From Aquabacterium sp. (GTDB lineage Bacteria > Pseudomonadota > Gammaproteobacteria > Burkholderiales > Burkholderiaceae_C): 64,000 nt of DNA. The notes beneath the pieces were generated by a model, which was not told the DNA's origin, searched no databases, and worked only from the letters and a program-made list of their open reading frames with translations. Where the stretch lies: NCBI RefSeq assembly GCF_049274795.1, contig NZ_JBASTH010000100.1, forward strand, positions 31,719 through 95,718. Direction: 5' to 3'. Both the position numbers and the translations under genes were made by a program. Every line of letters begins with the position of its first letter. Position 1 is the first letter of the stretch. This document shows, one piece after another, positions 34,785 to 43,629 of the stretch.

Positions 34785-36782
34785 ATGCGCGGCACCATGT
34801 ACTGGTCCCGTCATTTCGGCCACTTCATGACTTCCATCACGACCATGCCTGCGACCCCAGACACGCCGCACGACATCAGCGGGCACCCCGCCCCCTCGGA
34901 GCTGCCTCCCGTCCTGGACCAGTCATTCCTGATGAAGGCCATCGAACTGCAGGGCGCTGGCCAGGAAGCCGAGGCCGAGCGCCGTTTCAGGCAGTACCTG
35001 GAGGCCAACCCGCTCGATCCGATCGCCGTGTATTCGCTGGCGGTGATCTTGCTCAAGCGGGGCGAAGTGGGCGTGGCCCTGCCCCTGCTGGCCCAGGCCA
35101 CCCAGCGCACGCCCGGGTTCGCGCCCCTGTGGGCGGCCTACGCATCGGCCCAGCAATCGCTCGGGTTGCGTGACGAAGCCCTGGCCAGCTACGACCAGGC
35201 CCTGGCCGCCAAGCCCGACTACATCGAGGCGCTGGTCAACAGCGGCGCGCTGCTGCGCGAAACCCATCAGCACCTGGCCGCTCTGGAGCGCTTCAACAAG
35301 GTGCTCACGATCAACCCCAACTACGAGAGCGCCCTGGGCAACTGTGCAATCTTGCTCACGGAGTTCAAGCGCAGCGAACAGGCCATCGCCATGTTCCAGC
35401 GCCTGCTGGCCATCAACCCCCGCTACGACTACGGCCAGGGCCTGCTTTCCTACGAACGCCTGCACGCCTGCGACTGGACCGATTTCGATGCCAGCTCCGC
35501 CCGCATCATCGAAGGCGTGCGCAACGGAGAGCGCGTCTGCAAGTCGCTGGGTTTCATGGCCCTGTCCGATTCGGCCGAAGACCATCAAAGCTGCGCCCGC
35601 ATCTTCGCCGCGCACCGCTTTCCGCCCGCCGCCCCCCTGTGGAAGGGCGAGCGCTACAAGCACGACCGCATCCGCATCGCCTATGTGTCACCCGACCTGC
35701 GCGAGCACCCCGTCGGCCATTTGATGGCGGGCATCTTCGAGCACCACGACAAGCGCCGCTTCGAGACCATCGCCATCTCGCTGGGCATTGACGACAACAG
35801 CCGCCTGCGCACGCGCATGCTCAATGCCTTCGACCACTTCGTCGACGCCCGGCAGATGAACACCCGCCAGATCGCGCAGGTGATGCGCGACATGGAAGTG
35901 GACGTGGCCATCGACCTGGCCGGCTACACCTCGGATTCGCGCACCGATGTGTTCTCGCACCGCCCGGCCCCCGTGCAGGCGAACTACCTGGGCTACCCCG
36001 GCACGCTCGGCCTGGACTGCATGGACTACATCATCGCGGACCGCCATGTGATCCCGCCGGAGCACCAGGCCTTCTACGACGAGAAGGTGGTCTACCTGCC
36101 CGATGCCTACCTGCCGACCGACAGCGGCCTGCAGATCGCCGAGCACACGCCCACCCGCGCCGAATGCGGCCTGCCCGACGAGGGCGTCGTGTTCTGCTCG
36201 TTCAACCACGACTACAAGATCTCCCCGCACATCTTCGAGGTGTGGATGAGACTGCTGCGCCAGGTGCCGGGCAGTGTGCTGTGGCTGATGTCACGCAACG
36301 AGCTGTCGCAGAAGAACCTGCGCCAACATGCCGAGCGCCTGGGTGTGAGCCCTGAGCGCCTGATATTCGCCCAGCGCGTCCCCCGGGTCGAGGATCACCT
36401 CGCGCGCTACCGCCAGGCCGACATGTTCCTGGACACGCACCCCTACAACGCCCACACCACCGCCGCCGATGCCCTGATGGCCGGCCTGCCCATCGTGACC
36501 TGCATGGGCCAGGCCTTCCCGGCCCGCGTGGCCGGCAGCCTGCTGCACGCCATGGGCATGCCCGAACTGATCACCCAGAGCCTGGCCGGCTACGAAGCCC
36601 TGGCCCTGGCCCTGGCCAAGGATCCGGCCCGGCTGGCCGACGTCAAGGCGCGGCTGGCCCAGAAGAGGGCCAACACGCCCCTGTTCGACACCCCCAACTT
36701 CTGCCGCAACCTGGAAGCCATCTACACCGCCATGTGGCGCAAGGCCCAGCTCGCAGGCGCCACGGACGAACTGGCAGGCTGA
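34785..36782 (+). CDS. TPR-repeat + GT41 (OGT/SPINDLY-like) protein glycosyltransferase
   Basis: The N-terminal half has TPR repeats (AVYSLAVILLKRGEVGVALPLLAQA..., YIEALVNSGALL, YESALGNCAIL). The C-terminal half fits the GT41 pattern (RIRIAYVSPDLREHPVGHL...VQANYLGYPGTLG...VVFCSFNHDYKISPHIFEVWMRLLRQVPGSVLWL...DTHPYNAHTTAADALMAGLPIVT). It is divergent from the giant repeat gene. The start is uncertain (34785, 34827 or 34845). Confidence 0.8.
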   Translation: MRGTMYWSRHFGHFMTSITTMPATPDTPHDISGHPAPSELPPVLDQSFLMKAIELQGAGQEAEAERRFRQYLEANPLDPIAVYSLAVILLKRGEVGVALPLLAQATQRTPGFAPLWAAYASAQQSLGLRDEALASYDQALAAKPDYIEALVNSGALLRETHQHLAALERFNKVLTINPNYESALGNCAILLTEFKRSEQAIAMFQRLLAINPRYDYGQGLLSYERLHACDWTDFDASSARIIEGVRNGERVCKSLGFMALSDSAEDHQSCARIFAAHRFPPAAPLWKGERYKHDRIRIAYVSPDLREHPVGHLMAGIFEHHDKRRFETIAISLGIDDNSRLRTRMLNAFDHFVDARQMNTRQIAQVMRDMEVDVAIDLAGYTSDSRTDVFSHRPAPVQANYLGYPGTLGLDCMDYIIADRHVIPPEHQAFYDEKVVYLPDAYLPTDSGLQIAEHTPTRAECGLPDEGVVFCSFNHDYKISPHIFEVWMRLLRQVPGSVLWLMSRNELSQKNLRQHAERLGVSPERLIFAQRVPRVEDHLARYRQADMFLDTHPYNAHTTAADALMAGLPIVTCMGQAFPARVAGSLLHAMGMPELITQSLAGYEALALALAKDPARLADVKARLAQKRANTPLFDTPNFCRNLEAIYTAMWRKAQLAGATDELAG

Positions 36783-36785
36783 CCC

Positions 36786-38021
36786 ATGTCCACCACCACC
36801 CTCGACAACCCCGCCATCGCCGCTGCCATGCAGATGGCCTACGACGCCATCAGGAAGGGCAACCTCCAGAAGGCCGATCTGCTGTGCCGGCAGGCCCTGG
36901 CGCAGGACTCAGGCCTGGGCGTGGCGTGGCAACTGCTCGCGGTGATCGCCCACCGTGTCGGCGCCAACGACCTGGCGCTGCAGTACGACACCGCGGCGCG
37001 CCAGCATTTGTCCGGCTCCGAGAGCGTGCTGCCGCTGCCGCTGCCACCGCGTGCGCAGCCCACCACACCCCGCTACCTGCTCATCAAGGCCTGGGGGTTC
37101 GGCTTCTGGGCTGATCTGGACCATGTCTATGGCGCACTGCTGCTGGCCGAACTCACCGGCCGCATCCCGCTCGTGCACTGGGGGCGCAACAGCCTGTTCC
37201 GGGGCCCTGACACCGTCAACGCCTTCGAATGCTTCTTCGAGCCCGTGTCGGGCCTGAAGTGGGCTGACCTGATCGAACCCGAGATCAGCTACTTTCCCGC
37301 CAAGTGGAACGCTGAGAACCTGTCGCGCGAGGATCACCAGAAGTGGAGCGGGCAGGGCTCGCGCCTCACGGGGTTGTACGGCCTGGAGCGCCCCGAGAAC
37401 GTCGTCGTCAGCGACTTCCACATCAAGTTGAACGACCTGATGCCCTGGATCCCGGCATCAAGCCCCCTGTACGGCCTGGACCGCAACAGCCTCTACCGCT
37501 ACCTGAGCCAGAAGTACATCCGCCTGCGATCGGAGCAGGTCGCCAAGGTGGATGCCTGGTGGCAGGCCCGCATGGCCGGGCGCCCCTGGCTGGCCGTGCA
37601 CGTGCGCGGCACCGACAAGACGCAGGAAGTCGCCCACCTGGCAGAGCTCAACGCGGCCTACGCCACGCGCATCGACCAGATCCTGAGCGTCCACCCCAGC
37701 CTGTCCATCTTCCTGATGACCGACAGCGAGCAGATCCTCCAGGAATACAAGGCGCGTTACGGCAACAAGGTCGCGTTCACCGACTGCCAGCGCGGCAAAG
37801 GCCAGACCGGCGTCCACCTGGAGGGACACCCCGGCATCCTGATGGGCGAGCAGGTGATCCTGGACGCCTACCTGGCCACGCGCTGCGATTTCTTCCTGGG
37901 CAATGGCAGCTCCAACGTGTCCACCGGGATCCGGCACCTGAAGAACTGGCGTAAAGGCACCTTCTTCGTCGTCGGCCCGGATTTTCTGGGCGAGACTGAC
38001 CTGTCCCTGCACGAATGGTGA
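36786..38021 (+). CDS. putative fucosyltransferase-like (GT11/23/65-superfamily-like) glycosyltransferase
   Basis: The 411-aa product has WLAVHVRGTDK, which resembles the H-x-R-R-G-D fucosyltransferase motif, and a C-terminal CDFFLGNGSSNVS that resembles the S/T-F-S motif. It starts 3 nt after the GT41 gene. The family assignment comes from motif resemblance only. Confidence 0.45.
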   Translation: MSTTTLDNPAIAAAMQMAYDAIRKGNLQKADLLCRQALAQDSGLGVAWQLLAVIAHRVGANDLALQYDTAARQHLSGSESVLPLPLPPRAQPTTPRYLLIKAWGFGFWADLDHVYGALLLAELTGRIPLVHWGRNSLFRGPDTVNAFECFFEPVSGLKWADLIEPEISYFPAKWNAENLSREDHQKWSGQGSRLTGLYGLERPENVVVSDFHIKLNDLMPWIPASSPLYGLDRNSLYRYLSQKYIRLRSEQVAKVDAWWQARMAGRPWLAVHVRGTDKTQEVAHLAELNAAYATRIDQILSVHPSLSIFLMTDSEQILQEYKARYGNKVAFTDCQRGKGQTGVHLEGHPGILMGEQVILDAYLATRCDFFLGNGSSNVSTGIRHLKNWRKGTFFVVGPDFLGETDLSLHEW

Positions 38022-40042
38022 CCGCCTCCATGCACGCTACCGCCATGCCCCGCGTCCTGATCGACGGCGTCTTCTTCCAGATCGGCCGCTCGGGCATTGC
38101 CCGGGTGTGGACCAAGCTGCTGACCGAATGGGCGCGCAGTGGCGTGGCCGCACAGGTGAGCGTGCTGGACCGTGCCGGCACCTTCCCCCCGGTGCCGGGT
38201 ATCCAGGTGGTGGCGGGCCCCGCCTTCAGCTACCAAGACATGGACGGCGACCGACAACGCCTGCAGCAGATCTGCGATGAGCTGCGGATCGAGGTGTTCA
38301 TCTCCACCTACTACACCAGCCCCATCAGCACCCCCACGCTGATGATGGTGCACGACATGATCCCCGAGGTGCTGGGCTGGCCGCTGGACGAACCCATGTG
38401 GCGCCAGAAGCAGGCCGCGATGGCCAGTGCGAACCAGTTCGTGTGCGTGTCCCACAACACCGCGGCTGATCTGAAGCGCCATCTGGCACACATGGGCGGC
38501 AGCGAGCGCCCGGTGAGCGTGGCCCCCAACGGCTGCGACTTCATACCGCCCGACGCCGCCACGCTCGACCACTTCCGCCAACGCCATGGCCTGCAGCGCC
38601 CCTACTTCCTGCTGTCGGGCAGCCGTGGCGACTACAAGAACGGCAAGCTCTTCTTCGAGGCTTTCTCCCTGCTGGGGGAAGAACGCAGCCGCTACACCAT
38701 CCTGTGCACGGGCGGCGGCACCGTCGAGCCTGAACTCCTGGCCCTGGCCGAAGGCGCGGAGGTCAAGGTCGGCATCCTGGGCGAAGCCGACATGGCCTGC
38801 GCCTACGCCGGCGCAATCGGCCTGGCCTATCCCTCGCTGTACGAAGGCTTCGGCCTGCCCGTGCTGGAGGCGATGGCCTGCGGCTGCCCTGTCGTCACGA
38901 CCAATGTGGCCTCCTTGCCCGAAGTGGGCGGCGACGCGGTGCTGTACGTCACGCCCGGGCCGGATGCAGCACGGCAGATGCGCGATGGCCTGCTGAAGAT
39001 CCAGGAGCCCGCCACGCGCGACGCACTCATCCAGCGCGGCCTGGTCCAGGCGAGCCGGTACCGCTGGGACACGATGGCCGTGCAGGTGGCGCAGGCACTG
39101 CAGGCCGTGGCTACTGCAGCAGCCACGGCCCAGGCCGCCCATTCGACGCCAGCAGCCATGCCCACCAAGCTTCATCCAAGCGACCAGTTGATCGAACACC
39201 CCGGCTACCGCATCGCCCTGCCCGCCGATCACCTTCTGCCCCAGTACCAGCAGCAACACCGTCTGTACGACCGCTTCCTGCCAGTGCTCGCGCAAGCCCT
39301 GTCACCCGGAAGTGCGGCCATCGACGTCGGCGCGAACTGCGGCGACACCGTGGCGGCGATGTTCGCGGCCAACCCTGCCCTCACCTACCTGTGCGTTGAG
39401 CCCGACTCGGGTTTCTTCAGCTACCTGCAGCACAACGCACAGCTCATCCGCACTCGGCATCCGCAAGCCCGCATCCACAACGTGCAGGCTCTGGTCGGCC
39501 GGCCAGGCGCCAGCGCCGTGCTCGATGGTGGTGGGGGCAGCAAACATGCCCGCCCGCTGAACCAGGCAGCCGCGTCCGAACCCGCCACTGGTGAGGTGCA
39601 CCACACCATCACCATGGACGACATTGCCCTGGCCGCCTTGCAAGGCGAGCTCTCACAGATCCGCCTGCTCAAGTCGGACGTCGATGGCTTCGACCACGAC
39701 GTGCTGGGCTCGGCATCTCAGATCATCGCCAGCAGCCAGCCGCTGCTGTTCTTCGAATGCCAGGCCGTGGACGAACAGCAACTGGCGTCCTACAAGCGCT
39801 GCATCGACGCCCTGGCGGCTCAGGGCTACGAGCAGTTCTGGCTGATCGACAACTATGGCAACCCCATGCTGAGCACCCGAGAGCCGAAGGCCGTGCAGCA
39901 GATGTTCGACTACATCTGGCGCCAGGGTCGCCACAATGCCACGCGGTCGATCTACTACGTCGACATCCTCGCCTCTTCAGCGCGTGACACGGCGCTGGCC
40001 GATGAGACAGTGCGCCACTTCGTGGCACAGACCTGCCGTTGA
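38015..40042 (+). CDS. bifunctional GT4-family glycosyltransferase / FkbM-family methyltransferase
   Basis: The N-terminal half has the GT4 E-x7-E region (PSLYEGFGLPVLEAMACGCPVVTTNVASLPEV). The C-terminal half looks FkbM-like (AIDVGANCGDTVAAMF...IRLLKSDVDGFDHDVL). Its start overlaps the upstream stop (ATGGTGA). Confidence 0.75.
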   Translation: MVTASMHATAMPRVLIDGVFFQIGRSGIARVWTKLLTEWARSGVAAQVSVLDRAGTFPPVPGIQVVAGPAFSYQDMDGDRQRLQQICDELRIEVFISTYYTSPISTPTLMMVHDMIPEVLGWPLDEPMWRQKQAAMASANQFVCVSHNTAADLKRHLAHMGGSERPVSVAPNGCDFIPPDAATLDHFRQRHGLQRPYFLLSGSRGDYKNGKLFFEAFSLLGEERSRYTILCTGGGTVEPELLALAEGAEVKVGILGEADMACAYAGAIGLAYPSLYEGFGLPVLEAMACGCPVVTTNVASLPEVGGDAVLYVTPGPDAARQMRDGLLKIQEPATRDALIQRGLVQASRYRWDTMAVQVAQALQAVATAAATAQAAHSTPAAMPTKLHPSDQLIEHPGYRIALPADHLLPQYQQQHRLYDRFLPVLAQALSPGSAAIDVGANCGDTVAAMFAANPALTYLCVEPDSGFFSYLQHNAQLIRTRHPQARIHNVQALVGRPGASAVLDGGGGSKHARPLNQAAASEPATGEVHHTITMDDIALAALQGELSQIRLLKSDVDGFDHDVLGSASQIIASSQPLLFFECQAVDEQQLASYKRCIDALAAQGYEQFWLIDNYGNPMLSTREPKAVQQMFDYIWRQGRHNATRSIYYVDILASSARDTALADETVRHFVAQTCR

Positions 40043-40125
40043 GCGGCAACGGGCAGTGACAGGCCCAGGGCGACCACGCTCAGCCGCTTCAGAGGGGCCA
40101 GCCCCTCCCCTCCAGGCTCAGCCTG

Positions 40126-40944
40126 TCAGGTCGGCAGCTCCAGCCGCCCCAGATTGCGCGGCAGCCCACCGATGTCCACCTTGCGTGGTGGCGCCTCCGG
40201 CAGCAGCACAGGAGGCTCTCGCCGCAGCAAGGGCACCCAGAAGGGCATGTTGTAGCGCCACCAGGCATGCCCGCCCATCGGCAGTTGCCCACCATTGGAT
40301 GCCAGGTACTCGTTCGGCTTGAGCTCCAGCGAGAAGCGCGAAGCGGTCAGCTCATCGGGCAGCGTGAACCGTTCCGAGAGCGGTCCCATCAGCGAGAAGA
40401 ACAGGTCTTCGCTCGACCCGGTTTCCGAGAAGAACCACAGCGCCTCCGGGAACTCATCGAGCAGCTCGATACAGCGCGCCGAGCGGCGCAGGCTGAAGCC
40501 GCCATTGCCGACCTTCGTGCTCACCAGCCGTCCCGCGTCCCCGCGGAATCTGTCCACGCGAACATCCAGCTCGATCCCGTTGGGCCAGGGCGCCCCCACA
40601 TAGTCATACGGCTGGGCGCACCAGTGATCCAGATCGTCCCGCAGCACGATGACATCGGTCTGCAGGATCAACATGAACTCGTGCGATGCGTAGCGCTCAT
40701 AGAAGCCACGGCTCATCAGCAGACGGCTGTAATCCCGCACCGAGGTGAAGCTGGTGTCAGCAAAGCGGTCCACCGCGATATGGGGATGGCGGGCCAGGTG
40801 GGCGGACATGTCCAGGCTGTCGGGCGCAATGAAACGTACCTCGCGCGCCGCAAGGGTTTCGAGCGAATAGCCCAGGGAGAACTGCTCCAGCTCACTGAGC
40901 TCCGCCTTGTAGATCGGCACCAGCACGATGACTTTGCTGTTCAC
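40126..40944 (-). CDS. DUF5672-like protein (putative glycosyltransferase-associated)
   Basis: The pattern VLVPIYKAELSELEQFSL...FMLILQTDVIVLRDDLDHWCAQPYDYVGAPW...VGNGGFSLRR resembles DUF5672. I prefer the GTG at 40944, which is preceded by GGAGA; the longer ORF reaches 41007. Confidence 0.55.
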   Translation of the reverse strand: MNSKVIVLVPIYKAELSELEQFSLGYSLETLAAREVRFIAPDSLDMSAHLARHPHIAVDRFADTSFTSVRDYSRLLMSRGFYERYASHEFMLILQTDVIVLRDDLDHWCAQPYDYVGAPWPNGIELDVRVDRFRGDAGRLVSTKVGNGGFSLRRSARCIELLDEFPEALWFFSETGSSEDLFFSLMGPLSERFTLPDELTASRFSLELKPNEYLASNGGQLPMGGHAWWRYNMPFWVPLLRREPPVLLPEAPPRKVDIGGLPRNLGRLELPT

Positions 40945-40982
40945 AGTCTCTCCATCAGATATTGTTTCGGTCTGCCAGGCAC

Positions 40983-42389
40983 TCACAAGCCCTGGATACC
41001 CAGCCACGTGGACAGGCTCTCACCCATCGACCGCAATTGTGCATTCGCCTGGTAGCCATCGTGCAGCGCATTGACGTACGCAATGCGCAGGTTGAAGTGA
41101 TCGCCTTCCGCGGACATCACATCGAACAGTGAGCGACGCCCCAACTGCGACCATTGCTGGAAGGTCGCGGCACGCACCTTGTCGCTGTCCTTCAGGATGT
41201 CCACGAAGCGCCGGGCACGATCGAATGAGGCCACGGCGGCTTCATGCACCTCCGACACCCGCGCGGCCCGGCTGGCCAGCAGTTCCGCATATTGCTGACG
41301 GGCTGACTCGGCACGGCGGCTAGCGGCGGCAGCCGCAGCCTGATCGGAGCCCCCCCTAAAAACCGAGTAGGTCACCGACAGGCCTGCCTGGGCACTCGCC
41401 GTCTTGGTCTCGCCGCGCAGCCCCGCTGTGGACGACACCACCCAGTTGACCTGAGGCTTGAGCGCCGCAGACATGGCATCGGCGTAGCGCTCCGAGGCCT
41501 CGCTTTGGGCGCGCATCTGGCGCAGTTCACTGCCCTGCTCCATCAGGCGCAACACTTCGCCGGTGTCCAGAGTCTGGCCCAGGGCGGCAGAGATGCCATC
41601 ACCCGCGCCGATCTGCTCGCCAATCAGCTTGCGCAGCCGGATCTCCGTCTGCCGCATCTGCGTCAGCGCGGCATCACGCGCCATCTCGGCCTGGGCCTGG
41701 GTCTTGCGCACCTGCACCAGTTCACTGGCGCGGCCACGGTCTTCCGCCACGATCTGCTGCAAGGCATCCACGAGGCAAGCCATCTTGCGCGTGTACTGCT
41801 GGTACACCTGCGCCTGCTGCCGATACCGGTTGCGCTCCAGCGCCGTGCTGATCGTCTCCAGCACCACCTGCTCGCGAGTAGACTGTGCTGTGAAGGTCGC
41901 CGCCTTGGCCAGTTCACGCCGCCACTGGGTGAGCTGGCTCAAGCGCCCACCGTCATAGATCAGCCCACTCACATTGAGCGTGGCGCCGGCATACGTGCCC
42001 GACGCCCACGGAATGCCCGTGCTGCGGGAAGCCCCCGGCCCCACCGTGCCTGTGACGGACACCTGGGGCAAGGCAGCCCCTCGCGTTTCATCGACATCGT
42101 AGGCAGCCGCATCGGCCAGCAGTTTCACCGCCCCTACCTGCGCACTGCGGCGAGAGGCTTCGCGGGCAATGTTCTGCAATTGCGCCATAGGGTTCAAGGC
42201 CGCATCAGCGGGCACAGCAAGATCCTGAGCCGTGGCGACCGGTGCCAGCGCCTTGGCGGCCCCTTTGCCATTGGATTTCGTGACCTGGTTGGCCAGCTCC
42301 TCGCTGCACAGCGCGGCCTGGGCGGCCACGGCCGACAGGCTCATGGCCGAAACCACCACCCATCGGGTCAACATGAAAGCTTGCTTCAT
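40983..42389 (-). CDS. TolC-family outer-membrane factor of the type I secretion system (LapE-like)
   Basis: It has a signal peptide (MKQAFMLTRWVVVSAMSLSAVAAQA) and two TolC-type repeat halves. It starts 4 nt downstream of the HlyD-family gene. Confidence 0.85.
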   Translation of the reverse strand: MKQAFMLTRWVVVSAMSLSAVAAQAALCSEELANQVTKSNGKGAAKALAPVATAQDLAVPADAALNPMAQLQNIAREASRRSAQVGAVKLLADAAAYDVDETRGAALPQVSVTGTVGPGASRSTGIPWASGTYAGATLNVSGLIYDGGRLSQLTQWRRELAKAATFTAQSTREQVVLETISTALERNRYRQQAQVYQQYTRKMACLVDALQQIVAEDRGRASELVQVRKTQAQAEMARDAALTQMRQTEIRLRKLIGEQIGAGDGISAALGQTLDTGEVLRLMEQGSELRQMRAQSEASERYADAMSAALKPQVNWVVSSTAGLRGETKTASAQAGLSVTYSVFRGGSDQAAAAAASRRAESARQQYAELLASRAARVSEVHEAAVASFDRARRFVDILKDSDKVRAATFQQWSQLGRRSLFDVMSAEGDHFNLRIAYVNALHDGYQANAQLRSMGESLSTWLGIQGL

Positions 42390-42393
42390 GGCG

Positions 42394-43626
42394 TCATCTC
42401 TCACTGAATGCTTCCTGCGCCCGCAACACTGGCTTGAGCAGGAACTGCAGCACCGAACGCTCGCCGGTGCGGATTTCAACCGTCGCGGTCATGCCCGGCA
42501 TGACCGACAGCGACTTGCCCTTCGCCTTGAGGGTCGACACCTCCGAGCGGATCAGGGCCCGGTAGTAGGTGGTGTCGGTGTTGGCCGCATTCTTCGGGTC
42601 CTCGCCCAGCGCATCGGGGCTCAGGTACTCCACCGTGCCGCTCAGGCCGCCGTAGGTGTAAAAGTCGTACGCCGTGAGCTTGACCGTTGCCGGCGAGCCA
42701 ACCCGCACAAAGCCCACGTCCTTGGGCCGGATGCGTGCCTCGACCAGCACCCGCGGACCAATGGGCACGATCTCCATGATGGTGGCCCCGGCCGGCACCA
42801 CCCCGCCCAAGGTGCCCAGCTTGATGCTCTTGACCAAGCCACGCACAGGTGAGTAAAGCGTGGTCCGCCGCATCACGTCCTGCTTGACGACCATCTGCTC
42901 GTCGAGTTGAGCCAGCTCCGACCGCACCCGCACCAGCTCCGAACTGGCATCCTGGCGAAAGCGGTTGGTGCGCTCCTGGATCTGCAGGAACAACTCGTTG
43001 GCCTGGCGGCGCAGGCGCATCACCTCCACCTCGGACATCAACCCCTTGTCCGCCATGCGCTCGGACATGCCGAGCTCACGCCGGATCAGCCCCAGGCTGC
43101 GCTGGATCACGCCCACGGATTCATCCAGCGCCATGCGCCGAGCCTGGAAGGCTTCGGTTTCGGCCTGGAGCACGTCGGCATGCTCCTTCAAATCGGCCGC
43201 AAAGCGCAGGGGGCGCCCTGAAGCCTCCGCCTCCAGGCGTGTCAAGGTGGCCCTGAGGGCAATCCGCTTGGCCTGACCTTCGTTCTGCGCCGCTTCCACG
43301 CGGGTGGGATCGAGCTGCAGCAGGGCCTGCCCCTGCTCGACCAGCGCACCTTCGCGCACCATCAGCTTGCCCAGGATGCCCCCTTCCAGGCTGGCGATGA
43401 TCTGCTCGCGCCCATCGGGCACCACCCGGCCGTCGGCACGGGTGACCTCATCGACGCGCGCCACGCCTGCCCACACCAGCGCTCCCACCACCACGACCAA
43501 CATCAGGTAAAGCGCCCAGGTCGCGCCCGGGGTGGATTCGGCCAGTTCAGCCTCCTTCACCCCCGAGAGGAAGTCTTCGTCCCCCCGGTAATAGCGCCCA
43601 CTGTTGCGCTCCTCACGCCGTGCCAT
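42394..43626 (-). CDS. type I secretion membrane-fusion protein (HlyD/LapC family)
   Basis: It has an N-terminal cytoplasmic stretch, a TM helix (WALYLMLVVVVGALVWAGV), a long coiled coil and the C-terminal motif MPGMTATVEIRTGERSVLQFLLKP, which is typical of T1SS HlyD proteins. Confidence 0.9.
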   Translation of the reverse strand: MARREERNSGRYYRGDEDFLSGVKEAELAESTPGATWALYLMLVVVVGALVWAGVARVDEVTRADGRVVPDGREQIIASLEGGILGKLMVREGALVEQGQALLQLDPTRVEAAQNEGQAKRIALRATLTRLEAEASGRPLRFAADLKEHADVLQAETEAFQARRMALDESVGVIQRSLGLIRRELGMSERMADKGLMSEVEVMRLRRQANELFLQIQERTNRFRQDASSELVRVRSELAQLDEQMVVKQDVMRRTTLYSPVRGLVKSIKLGTLGGVVPAGATIMEIVPIGPRVLVEARIRPKDVGFVRVGSPATVKLTAYDFYTYGGLSGTVEYLSPDALGEDPKNAANTDTTYYRALIRSEVSTLKAKGKSLSVMPGMTATVEIRTGERSVLQFLLKPVLRAQEAFSER

Positions 43627-43629
43627 GGC

